DNA from: Candidatus Micrarchaeota archaeon
GTDB lineage: Archaea; B1Sed10-29; JAJRYS01
Assembly (NCBI GenBank): GCA_964643685.1
Contig: CAZXTN010000002.1
Span: 28,069 to 87,948 of the forward strand
DNA: 59,880 nucleotides
Direction: 5' to 3'
Part shown: positions 9,392 through 19,937 of the stretch, piece after piece
Position numbering within the stretch: position 1 is the first letter of the stretch
How the letters are laid out: every line of letters begins with the position of its first letter
The notes under the pieces: generated by a model
What the model was told of the DNA's origin: nothing
Databases searched by the model: none
What the model saw: only the letters and a program-made list of their open reading frames with translations
Made by a program: the position numbers and the translations under genes

Positions 9392-9766
9392 ATGAGAAAC
9401 ATCTTCAAAATAAAAAAAACAAACAAAATCCCTCCAAAAATAGCAGATACAATAAGTGAAAAAGAAGCAAGAGAAAAAAAAGCTAAAAAGCAAAATGCAA
9501 AACAAAAAAGAAAGAAATTCATCTTGTTCAAGAAAAGAAAAGAAGAGATTGAAAAACTTGAAAAACAAATAGAACAACTAAAAAAACTGGAAAAAGGAGC
9601 AGAACAAAGCATAGGCATCTTCCACAGGCACGGATACTACGAAGACGAAAAAGAATTCAAAAAAAGAAAAAAAGAATACGAACAAAAAAGAGAACAAAAA
9701 CAAGAAGAACTCGACAAAAAACAAAAACACACCTATTGGATTAAAAGGATATTCAAAAAACAGTAA
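9392..9766 (+). CDS. Lys/Glu-rich low-complexity hypothetical protein
   Basis: 124-aa ORF with charged low complexity. Coding status is uncertain. Confidence 0.3.
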   Translation: MRNIFKIKKTNKIPPKIADTISEKEAREKKAKKQNAKQKRKKFILFKKRKEEIEKLEKQIEQLKKLEKGAEQSIGIFHRHGYYEDEKEFKKRKKEYEQKREQKQEELDKKQKHTYWIKRIFKKQ

Positions 9767-9798
9767 CAAAACAAAAAACACAACACTCAACCGATACC

Positions 9799-9806
9799 TT
9801 TATAAA
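9799..9806 (+). promoter_or_regulatory. Candidate TATA box of the rRNA operon
   Basis: TTTATAAA lies ~360 nt upstream of the 16S and just before the hairpin-rich leader. Confidence 0.3.
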
Positions 9807-10060
9807 GAGGTTCATGTAAAAATATTAAATACTTCTTTTCCCATGAAAAGAAGAAAGTGCCTCAAAAAGCACTGAAACTGTTTTTCAAAAAAAAAACTGA
9901 AATTTCCCTTCAAAGGAAATTTGATCAACTTCAACCAAAACACAAGCAACCTCAAAAAAGATTGCTTGCAAGAAAAAAAACATTTCTCGAGACCACCGTT
10001 TCATAAACGGGAATCAATGACAAAAAAAATGACGACTTTACACTTAATGTTTAGTCTGAT

Positions 10061-10102
10061 GGAAGTTCTTTTTTAGGTAAGAGTAAAAACTCGTTAAAAA
10101 TT
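10061..10102 (+). repeat. 16S processing stem, 5' arm
   Basis: 'GGAAGTTCTTTTTT' and 'AACTCGTTAAAAATT' are exact reverse complements of 'AAAAAAGAACTTCC' and 'AATTTTTAACGAGTT' in 11638-11679. An internal loop could hold a bulge-helix-bulge site. Confidence 0.75.
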
Positions 10103-10161
10103 CCTAAAAAAACAATGCGACCAGAATATACGTAGTACAACCCACACGCAAGTGTAGGTTA

Positions 10162-11628
<1,467 letters not shown>

Positions 11629-11637
11629 TTCAATCGA

Positions 11638-11679
11638 ATTTTTAACGAGTTGCTCGAATCACCAAAAAAAAGAACTTCC
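11638..11679 (+). repeat. 16S processing stem, 3' arm
   Basis: Complement of 10061-10102 (see that feature). Confidence 0.75.
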
Positions 11680-11697
11680 AAAAACAACAACAAAAAC

Positions 11698-11867
11698 GGG
11701 CTCGTAGATCAGTGGTAAAATCTCTTTCCGAAGGAAAAGATTTTCAAGAAAACCGGAAAGGATTTCGCAAGAGATCGCTCGCTTTGCAAGCGAGAGGCCA
11801 CGGGTTCAAGACAGCCGAATCCGGCTGATGAGCCGGTGGCGGTTCAGTGAAACTCCCGTCGAGTCCA
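11698..11867 (+). tRNA. tRNA-Ala(UGC) with two non-canonical insertions (D-loop ~11720-11771, T-loop ~11810-11852)
   Basis: Acceptor GGGCTCG/CGAGTCC with a G3:U70 pair. Anticodon arm CTCGC-TTTGCAA-GCGAG (TGC at 11885-11887 is wrong; correct position is 11785-11787). T-arm halves ACGGG and CCCGT are separated by ~43 nt. D-stem GATC/GATC is separated by ~52 extra nt. Total length is 170 nt. Confidence 0.8.
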
Positions 11868-12156
11868 TAGCAAACTTTAAAAGTTTGCATCAATAAGGCT
11901 ATTTTCGGCTTACGCCTCAATAGCCAAGTTCAAACTTCTTCGAAGTTTGAAAATGTTTTGCCTTCTTTGAAGGCAAAAAAAAGACTAAACAAGCAAAAGT
12001 TGTCATTTTATTATATTCACAGCATTGCAACGCAAAAGCATTGCAATGGTGTCCAAAACACTCCTCACAGCGAATTCGGTGAGGACACTTTTGAAGCTTC
12101 TGCTTTGAAAGTGCAACTCAACTCACTGGAGTTGAATTGAGTGTTAATGCGGGTAG

Positions 12157-12268
12157 CACGATTCAAAGATGAAATTTTTAGAACAAAAACAAGGAAAAAA
12201 AAGTGATTTCAAAAAAAAAACAACAACAAAAAGTTCCTGTAAAAAAAGCAGTTACTTTTAAAAAGTGC
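12157..12268 (+). repeat. 23S processing stem, 5' arm
   Basis: 'CACGATTCAA...AACAAGGAAAAAAA...AAAGTTCCT...TTTTAAAAAGTGC' is near-continuously complementary to 15974-16077. Confidence 0.75.
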
Positions 12269-14240
12269 ACTAAGCTACTTGGAGGATGACTTGGCTTGAG
12301 CGACGATGAAGGGCGTGACAAGCTGCGATAAGCCTAAGGGAGGCGCATGTAGCCTTTGATCTTAGGATCCCTGAATCACTCGCCTAAGGCGAGAGGCAAC
12401 GCGGTGAATTGAAACATCTTAGTAACCGCAGGAAAAGAAAGCAACAGCGATTCCGTTAGTAGTGGCGAACGAAAACGGAACAAGGCAAACCGAACGCTTA
12501 ACGGTAACGTTAAGTGAATGTGGTGTATGCTCTGGTTTCAAACCTTCAATTTTCACCTGAAGTCCACTGGAACGTGGCAGGCAAAAGGGTGATACTCCCG
12601 TAAGGAGAAAATTGAAGGCAGATAGCCAGTAAGCAGAGTAGCGTTGATTGGATTCAGCGCAAAGCTGGGAGCCACCAACTCCCAACCTTAAATACGTCTC
12701 AAGACCGATAGCGAACAAGTACCGTAAGGGAAAATTGAAAAGCAACCCGGAAGGGCGTTGAAAAGAGCCTGAAACCAAGTAGCGATAAGCGATAGGGCAC
12801 GAAAGCTACTCCCAGCGAAGGAAACGAGCTGGGATTACGCGGTGTTCTATCTTCAGTCATGAAGCACTGGGCAGGGAGTATATGGTTGTGGCGAGGCTAA
12901 CTCGAAGAGAGGTAACCGAAGGGAAACCGATAACCCGCAGTATACGAGGGGTGCCGTCTTAATAGGGCGGAAGTCACAGCTGTATTACCTGAAGCCGTAG
13001 TGATCTAGTCCTGGGCATGGTGAAGTCAGGAATCAACCTGATGGAAGCCATCAACCGGTGTTAGGTTCATTCTACTCGGGTGACCTGGGTCTAGGGGTGA
13101 AAGTCCATTCGAACTCGGCAATAGCTGGTTCCTCCAGATATACGCCGTAGCGTAGCCTCAACAGAGATAGATAATGTTGTAGAGCACTGATTAAAGAGTT
13201 AAGGGAAGAAATTCTCGGCTCTTTTGTCAAACTCCAAAGGCATTATCGTCGTAGAAGTTGGGAGTCGGGGTGCCGGGGTAAACTTGGTATCCGGAAGGGG
13301 AACAACCCAGCCTAAGGTTAAGGTCCCTAAAAAATGGCTAAGTGTTAAAGGGTAAAGGAAGTTCGTAGCCCAAAACAGCGGGAAGGTAGGCTTAGAAGCA
13401 GCCATCCTTTAAAGAATGCGTAACAGCTCACCCGTCTAGGTTACGAGCGCCGAAGATTGACGGGGCTAAAGCCATTTACCGATACCTTAGACAACACACA
13501 ATCCGTGTGTTGAAGTATGGAGGCATACTGCGAGGGCAGAAGCAAGGAGGTAACTTCTTGTGGACCTCGTTGTAAAGAAGATCCTGCCGAAAGTAACAGC
13601 CTAGAACCGTGAGAAACGGTTCCGCCGAAAGGGCCAGGGTTTCTCAGCAACGTTCATCAGCTGAGAGTAAGTCGATCCTAACCACCCCCCTAACCGGGCA
13701 AGTGGGAAAGGGAATCCGGTTAATAATCCGGAACCTTAGGAATACCAGCGGCAACGCACGCTGTTTTCACGACGCTTCGGGATAGTTTGAGCAAAACCGT
13801 CGTTTTGTTTAACAAGGATAAGATTATGGAGTTTCGTAATGAAGAGAAGTAATCTAAACCTTGGAATGGCCGCGCAAGCGGTTCAAACAAGTCCTGGAGC
13901 CCTTGAAAAGTGAAAACAGAAATGGGATTTCCTAAGATCGTACCGAGAACTGGCACAGGTGCCCCTAGCTGAAAAGGCTAAGGCGTAACAGGAAAAACTT
14001 CTCAAGGGAACTCGGCAAAATAGTCTTGTATCTTAGGTAGAAGAGATGCCTGCTTCCCCTGCACTAGTAGGGGAAAGGAGGTCGCAGTGACAAGGGAACT
14101 CCGACTGTTTACCAAAAACACAAGTCTCAGCTAGCCGGTAACGGTATGTACTGAGGCTGACACCTGCTCACTGCCAGTACGTGAAACCCCGGTTCAACGG
14201 GAATAAGCGCTGGTGAAGAGCGGGCCTAACTCTGAGGCTC

Positions 14241-14989
14241 AAGAAAATTTTTAAGGTTAGGCTCCATAGAAAAAAGTGAGTTTGGGAAAAAAACGCTACA
14301 AAAAAGGGTCTCATTAAACTTAGCTATATGCTGGAAATCCAAAGCAAGCCACCCCAGAGCATGGAAAAGAGTGGCAAGCGATGAGGACAATCAGCAGGGA
14401 AGCGTGATAAAAAATGAAAATAGAAAATTACTACAAGAAAAGAAAAAGGTTCTACGATTACGTAGCAGGTTTCGTAGACGGAGAAGCATCCTTTACAATA
14501 AGCATTAAAAAAGAACCAACAACAAAATACGGGTTTGCAATAGACCCTGAATTCAAAGTATCCCAATTGAAAGAAAAAGCACAGGTGCTTGAATTCATAA
14601 AACAAGCAATAGGATGCGGAAAAATTTTTGACAAACCAGGACAAAAAAACATGAAAATACTTGTTGTCAGAAACAGAAGGCAATTGGCAGAAAAAGTAAT
14701 TCCCTTTTTCAACAAACACAAGCTGATAGTAAAAGAACAAGAATTTAAAAAATTCAGCAGCATTGTAAAACAGCTTGAACAGAAAAAACAAGCAACTGAA
14801 AAAGGGTTTTTAAGCATAGTCAAACAGGCAACAAGTGACATGAAAAATAGAAAATACTCCTATGAGTTTGTCAAAAAAAACATGAAACGCCCCTCAGAGA
14901 CTATACGCTAAGCACAGTAGCTTTTGCGCTGTGAAGATATAGTCCAATCCTGGCAGTAATGTCAGACAACAAGAAAAGAACAAAAAAGC
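14241..14989 (+). mobile_element. 23S rRNA intron carrying a homing-endonuclease ORF
   Basis: The conserved 23S string is broken as '...CTAACTCTGAGGCTC | ~749 nt | TTAAGGTAGCGTAAT...'. The archaeal consensus, as recalled, is GACUCUCUUAAGGUAGC. Boundaries are ambiguous by 1-3 nt. Confidence 0.75.
14414..14911 (+). CDS. LAGLIDADG homing endonuclease (single-motif type)
   Basis: 165 aa with one 'YVAGFVDGEASF' LAGLIDADG motif. It lies entirely inside the 23S intron. Confidence 0.85.
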   Translation: MKIENYYKKRKRFYDYVAGFVDGEASFTISIKKEPTTKYGFAIDPEFKVSQLKEKAQVLEFIKQAIGCGKIFDKPGQKNMKILVVRNRRQLAEKVIPFFNKHKLIVKEQEFKKFSSIVKQLEQKKQATEKGFLSIVKQATSDMKNRKYSYEFVKKNMKRPSETIR

Positions 14990-15973
14990 TTAAGGTAGCG
15001 TAATACCTCGCCGCTTAATTGGCGGCTTGCATGAAGGGTGTAACGAGGGTTCCACTGTCCCTGAGAAGAACCTGGTGAAATCACTTGCTGGTGAATATGC
15101 CAGCGAATCCCTGTGGGACGCGAAGACCCCATGGAGCTTTACCGCAGTCATGTGTTAGAATATGCTTGTAAATACATAGCGTAGGTAGGAGGCTTCGAAG
15201 CAACCTCTGCGGGGGTTGTGGAGCCAACCATGTAACACTACCTATTTATACGTGTATTCTTCTACCCTTGAAGGGAACAGCGCATGATGGGCGGTTTGGC
15301 TGGGGCGGTACGCCCCTGAAAAGATATCAGGGGCGCCCAAAGGTTAACTCATCCGAGTCAGAAATTCGGAGTAGAGAGTAAAGGGCAAAAGTTAGCCTGA
15401 ATGGATTTCGTACAGAGAGAAATCCAAACTCGAAAGAGAGGCCTAGTGAACTATAGTGTCTCCCTTGGTGGGAGCCTATCCTGTCAAAAAAGTTACCCTG
15501 GGGGTAATGGTGTTGTCGCGGGCGAGAGTCCATATCGACCCCGCGGTTTGCTTCCTCGCTGTCGGCACGTGTCATCCTGGAAGGGCAGTACCTTCCAAGG
15601 GTGGGGTTGTACACCCATCAAAGACGCACGCGAGCTGGGTTCAGTACGTTGCGAGACAGTACGGTGGCATCTACAGGGATTGTTGGAAGTCTGAGAGGAA
15701 GGTTCATCAAGTACGAGAGGAACGGTGAGTCGGGACCTCTGGTGTATCAGTTGTCTGGCAAGGCAAGCTGAGCAGCTACGTCCCAGAAGATAAGAGCTGA
15801 AAGCATCTAAGCTCGAAGCTTCCCTTAAAAAGAGACTTCCATAACAAGTTACCCAAGCTTGACTTGGTAGTGACTTGTTCGAGAGCGCCCATAGAAGATG
15901 GGTTTGATAGGCAAGGGGTGTAAGCACTAAGCTCACGCGAGGTGTTCAGCCCGTCTTGTACTAAAAGCTCGAG

Positions 15974-16077
15974 GCACTTTTAAAAAAAAAAAAAGCTTTT
16001 TTAAAGGAACTTTTTTAAAAAAGAATCCCTTTTTTTCCTTGTTTGTTTAAATAAAAATTTACATCAATTGAATCGTG
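15974..16077 (+). repeat. 23S processing stem, 3' arm
   Basis: 'GCACTTTTAAAA...AGGAACTTT...TTTTTTTCCTTGTT...TTGAATCGTG' is complementary to 12157-12268. Confidence 0.75.
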
Positions 16078-16093
16078 TTATAACAACCCCTTT

Positions 16094-16204
16094 TTAAAAC
16101 CCGCTAGGCAGTCAGCGAACCAGCTCACGCTTCTTTTTCTTAAGAGGTGAGGAAGTTCGTCCCACTCCGTTTTAAAAAATTGGAAGAACCGGAGACGGTT
16201 TTAA
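16094..16204 (+). rRNA. Candidate divergent 5S rRNA
   Basis: It sits directly after the 23S stem. Terminal helix TTAAAACC/GGTTTTAA. 'CAGCGAACCAGC...GGAAGTTCGTCCC' resembles 5S 'CCCGAACCCGGAAGUUAAGCC'. 'GGAAGAACCGGAGACGG' resembles 'GGGAACCGGGGACGCCG'. It carries an AT-rich hairpin insertion and is shorter than canonical, so the call is tentative. Confidence 0.4.
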
Positions 16205-16366
16205 AATAACAGAAACGATACTGCTCGCAGGAACCAAAGCCAGTGACTTTTTAAAAAAGAGGTTTGAGCAAGCTGGAGCAGGTGAAACGAATTCCAAGAA
16301 ATTAGGAGTGCAAGAGCATTTAAAAGCTCGCTTAGTAAAATGCTGGTTAATGAAACAGAAGGACGG

Positions 16367-18127
16367 CTACAGCTGACTGCTTTCTTCAAGCTTTGTTCTC
16401 TTCTGGTTTTCAAACATTTGCTTAATTTCTTCAACAGTAGTGACATCAAATACTCCCTTGTCTTCTCTTATTTTTACAAAACGAGGAAACCTCAAAGCAA
16501 AGCCAAGTCCATTCTCGTCCCTGCCGCAAGTATGCACTGGGCTTCTGGTAATCTCATCAGCTATGACTTCAACAACCAGCTTCGGCTCGACCCAAAAATC
16601 AGGTTCAATTAAAGAATCAACCAAACTGCTTTTTTTCTTAAGTTTCAAATTAGTTAATTTTTCATTGAAAAAAGCCAAGTCTTCTTCGCTGAAACCGCTG
16701 CCAACTCTTGCAATTGTGACAAATTTTTCTCTTGTCTTGTCATAAACGCATCCGAGGAAACCGCCGAAACCAAAGCCAGTTCGCTTGCCTTTACCCCTGT
16801 AAAAACCAACAACAGCCAAGTCAACGCTGTCCTCCAAACCACCTGAATAACTTCTTTTTAATTTTACCCAGGCAAATTTACGCGCTCCGACAGTATAAGG
16901 AGCATTCAAATCCTTAACCACCACTCCTTCTAATCCTTTTTCAACTGCTTCATTAAAGAATTTTTCAAGCTCTTCAGCACTGTCAGTGATTATTTCCTTA
17001 GCTAATTTTAAAACATCATTTTCTTTAATCACTTCTTCTAAAATTTTCCTCCTTTGCTTGAAAGGCAATTCAGTTAAATCCTCTCCATCCTTGAACAAGA
17101 TGTCAAAGAAGAAAACGTGAACAGGAAACTCTTTTTTAAGCTTGTCCACGCCGTATTTCCTTTTCCTCTGCACTGTTCCCTGAAAAGGAAGGTATTCTCC
17201 TGTCACATCATTGAAGCTTAAAACTTCGCCGTCTAAAATAAGCGAGTCGAAAGGAAGCTCTTTAACTGCCGCGACTATTTCAGGAAACATTGAAGTCAAG
17301 TCATTCTGTCGTCTTGAAAAAATCTTAACTTTCTGCTTGTTTTTATGAACAAGCACGCGCATGCCGTCGTACTTGTGTTCAACAGCGCATTTTCCAAACC
17401 TTTCAATTATTTCCCTTGCATTTGGAAGGCGTTCGCATAAAGCAGGCATTACAGGACGCTCTGCAGTCATCTTCAATTCCTTGACTGCTTTTAATCCTTT
17501 TTCAAAAAAAGTCTTAGCAACCAAGCCCAGGTCGCTTGTCACGTTAAATGCTTTTTCAAAAACGCTTCGCAGTGACTTGTCTCCTGCTGAGTAAACGCTT
17601 AAAGCATCAAGCACAGTAGGTGCATTCACCCCCAGCCTTAATTCACCTAAGGCGATTCTTGTAAGGTACTTTGCTTCCAAGCCGTTTGCGTTTCCAAGCA
17701 ATTCCGACAGCAACCGGATTTTAAGAGTTTGAGAGCCGCTTCCCTCTGCTTCTGAAATTTTCTTAAGGCTGTTATAAACATGGCTGACTGTAAGGGCTTT
17801 TGAAAACAAGCTTGACTGCTTCTTTTTTTCAACTAATTTTTCAGCTGTTTCACCTAAATCGCCTGTTTTTTTGAACAATTCATCAACTTGTTTTAAGGAA
17901 TATCCTGTTGCATTTGCAATAGCTTGCTCCACTAAAGAAACACCTAAACCCAGTTCAGATTCATTGAAAGAAGGCCCGATTGTGCCTAGAAGAAGGTAGA
18001 TGATTTCATCAACTTCACTTGGATTTGATTTTTTAAGCAACTCGACTATGTAGTCAGTCATTTCAAGGCGCTTGGAAGTTGATTCAAGCTTGTTAAACAC
18101 TGTTGCTAATTCATTGAATCTCATCAA
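16367..18127 (-). CDS. lig: ATP-dependent DNA ligase
   Basis: Adenylation motif 'EHKYDGMRV', 'LILDGEVL', 'FFFDIL', 'EGVVVK' and an OB-domain C-terminus. 586 aa. Confidence 0.92.
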   Translation of the reverse strand: MMRFNELATVFNKLESTSKRLEMTDYIVELLKKSNPSEVDEIIYLLLGTIGPSFNESELGLGVSLVEQAIANATGYSLKQVDELFKKTGDLGETAEKLVEKKKQSSLFSKALTVSHVYNSLKKISEAEGSGSQTLKIRLLSELLGNANGLEAKYLTRIALGELRLGVNAPTVLDALSVYSAGDKSLRSVFEKAFNVTSDLGLVAKTFFEKGLKAVKELKMTAERPVMPALCERLPNAREIIERFGKCAVEHKYDGMRVLVHKNKQKVKIFSRRQNDLTSMFPEIVAAVKELPFDSLILDGEVLSFNDVTGEYLPFQGTVQRKRKYGVDKLKKEFPVHVFFFDILFKDGEDLTELPFKQRRKILEEVIKENDVLKLAKEIITDSAEELEKFFNEAVEKGLEGVVVKDLNAPYTVGARKFAWVKLKRSYSGGLEDSVDLAVVGFYRGKGKRTGFGFGGFLGCVYDKTREKFVTIARVGSGFSEEDLAFFNEKLTNLKLKKKSSLVDSLIEPDFWVEPKLVVEVIADEITRSPVHTCGRDENGLGFALRFPRFVKIREDKGVFDVTTVEEIKQMFENQKRTKLEESSQL

Positions 18128-18166
18128 GTAACTAGTAAAACATTTGAAGTTTAAAAAAACAATTTT

Positions 18167-19903
18167 TTAGAATACATCTTCTTTTGTTGTCATTATACCT
18201 TTTTTAACAAGCATTCTTTCCCTACGTAGAATCAGCACTCCTCTCATTAACAGGAACAAGCTGAGTATGAACACTACAACAGCTGCCAAGTCAAATACAA
18301 TGTCAACGTAAATTCCTATGAAAAAGAGAATAAGTGAAGTGATTAAGACAAAAAAGCTTGTGAAAATTTCACTGATTGCTTCTTCTATTCTGATTAATTG
18401 ACTTAAACTGTATTTGCTGAACACGTCGCTTGAAGCTACTTTTACAATGCTGAAAATCATCCTCCTGATTTCAATAAATATTGACAGCAATGGCTTGCTT
18501 ACAAACAACAATCCCATGAAAGAGAACAGCAGGGGATTGGAGTAGCCTACAAATACTTTTATGTGGCTTTCAATGACAATGTATGAAAGAACGTATAAGA
18601 TGCTTATTATGATGAAAAGGTTTAATCCAATCACTTTTAAGTGTTCGAAAACTTCATTTTGCACGTGAGTGCTTCTTAATGGAACTTGAATTAACTCGTA
18701 TGTTTTTAGCCTTATTTTTTTAAACGGGCGTTCAATAAATTCAGGTATGAGTAGAGAGAAGAAGTCAGCAAGCCACTCTGAGTATTTGATTAAAGTTGTC
18801 ATTGCAAAAGTGCTTGTGATTCCAAGGAAAATAGCTAGTCCAAGGATTTCCTGAGCATGAGGCGTACCTAAGCTAATTGCTACTCCTGCAATGATAAGTG
18901 AAAATTCTCCAATTGCAATCATTAAGTTAGCTAAGTGAACGCTGAAATGAGAGCTTAATCCAAGCAAGGCTCCGAACAAGCCATAGGCAAGGATTTGTCC
19001 AAGGATGTAGACAACAAGGATAACTAAGCCCATTAAAACTACGTTCCAGCTTGTTGGCACGAAATGCAGTCCTATTCCAACGAAGAAAAAAGCAGCGAAA
19101 AAGTCTCTGAACACGCTTAATTCTTTCTTGATTTTTTCAACATGCCCGAATCCAGCTAGAAGGAAGCCTCCTAAAAAAGCACCTATAGCAGGTGATAAGC
19201 CGAAGTAGCCTGCTAAAAAAGACATTGCTAATGCAATTCCAAGCGAGTATAAAGTAATGTGCCTTTCATAATCAAGTTTTTCCATTAGCTTAATCAAGTA
19301 ACCTGAGAACCTGCCAATTACGAAAATAGCAAATACTATGAAAAAAACGCTGTTAGAAATAACAGTGTTAATACCTCCTTGTCCTTCTACGCTGGATAAG
19401 AGAGCTAATGCAATTACAGCTACGAAGTCTTCAATTAACAGCATTGGAATTGCAATTTTAGCTTCTAAGCTACCCATCATTTCATTATCCATTAAATACT
19501 TTCCAATAATAGCAGTGCTTGTAAATGACATGATTAAGCCAAGCAAGATGCTTTCAATGCCAGTGAAGCCGAATAACAAACCAAGCAAGTAGCCTAAACT
19601 GAAGCATACGACTATTTTAGCAGGGCCCAGTACAAAAGCATACAAGCCACCTTCTTTGAATTTTTTCAAATCCAGCTCCAATCCGATAAAAAACAATAAA
19701 AGCAAGACACCTAGTTCTGAGAACAATTTAAGAACTTCAGTGTCTGTTTGTTTGATAAAACCAAGCACGTAAGGCCCAAGCAAAATGCCTCCAAGCAAGT
19801 AACCTATGATTTCAGATTGCTTGTATTTAGCAAACAAAGCTCCTAAAAGCATTGATACTAAGAGAGTTATTCCAATTTGAAACACGATGTTTTCAACAGC
19901 CAT
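18167..19903 (-). CDS. Cation:proton antiporter (CPA2/Kef-NapA-like) with an extra C-terminal membrane domain
   Basis: 578 aa with ~13 hydrophobic helices. 'GYLLGGILLGP', 'ELGVLLLLFFIGLELD' and 'PAIGAFLGG' are typical of Na+/H+ exchanger family proteins. Confidence 0.8.
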   Translation of the reverse strand: MAVENIVFQIGITLLVSMLLGALFAKYKQSEIIGYLLGGILLGPYVLGFIKQTDTEVLKLFSELGVLLLLFFIGLELDLKKFKEGGLYAFVLGPAKIVVCFSLGYLLGLLFGFTGIESILLGLIMSFTSTAIIGKYLMDNEMMGSLEAKIAIPMLLIEDFVAVIALALLSSVEGQGGINTVISNSVFFIVFAIFVIGRFSGYLIKLMEKLDYERHITLYSLGIALAMSFLAGYFGLSPAIGAFLGGFLLAGFGHVEKIKKELSVFRDFFAAFFFVGIGLHFVPTSWNVVLMGLVILVVYILGQILAYGLFGALLGLSSHFSVHLANLMIAIGEFSLIIAGVAISLGTPHAQEILGLAIFLGITSTFAMTTLIKYSEWLADFFSLLIPEFIERPFKKIRLKTYELIQVPLRSTHVQNEVFEHLKVIGLNLFIIISILYVLSYIVIESHIKVFVGYSNPLLFSFMGLLFVSKPLLSIFIEIRRMIFSIVKVASSDVFSKYSLSQLIRIEEAISEIFTSFFVLITSLILFFIGIYVDIVFDLAAVVVFILSLFLLMRGVLILRRERMLVKKGIMTTKEDVF

Positions 19904-19929
19904 ATTAAAACAAAAAAACGCAAAACAAG

Positions 19930-19937
19930 TATATAAA
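19930..19937 (-). promoter_or_regulatory. TATA box for the leaderless antiporter gene
   Basis: The minus strand reads TTTATATA followed by CTTGTT, 26 nt upstream of the ATG at 19903. Confidence 0.5.

Larger units (their letters stand above)
12265..15977 (+). rRNA. rrl: 23S ribosomal RNA, interrupted by an intron
   Basis: 5' 'GATGAAGGGCGTGACAAGCTGCGATAAGCC'. Sarcin-ricin loop 'AGTACGAGAGGAAC'. 'GAGCTGGGTT...GAGACAG'. About 2960 nt once the intron is removed. Confidence 0.92.

Noticed and set aside
11825-11853. Hammerhead-ribozyme-like and C/D-box-like motifs (CTGATGA ... GTGAAAC) inside the T-loop insertion of tRNA-Ala
   Set aside because: After CUGAUGA a stem II (GCCG-GUGG-CGGU) can be drawn, but five extra nucleotides (UCAGU) separate it from GAAA. 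The G10.1-C11.1 pair would also be G-U, and no stem I/III with a UH cleavage site is evident. As a C/D sRNA it lacks a proper CUGA box D and guide spacing. This is probably coincidence, though the possibility of a K-turn remains untested.
14324-14841. Two antisense ORFs (155 aa and 127 aa) opposite the LAGLIDADG gene
   Set aside because: Phe/Cys/Leu-rich mirror translation of a Lys-rich gene. The sense ORF has the diagnostic motif.
16205-16366. 160-nt gap between the 5S-like element and lig, inspected for a tRNA, C/D sRNA or other structured RNA
   Set aside because: I could find no cloverleaf, no RUGAUGA/CUGA box pair with sensible spacing and no strong conserved helix. It is left unannotated.
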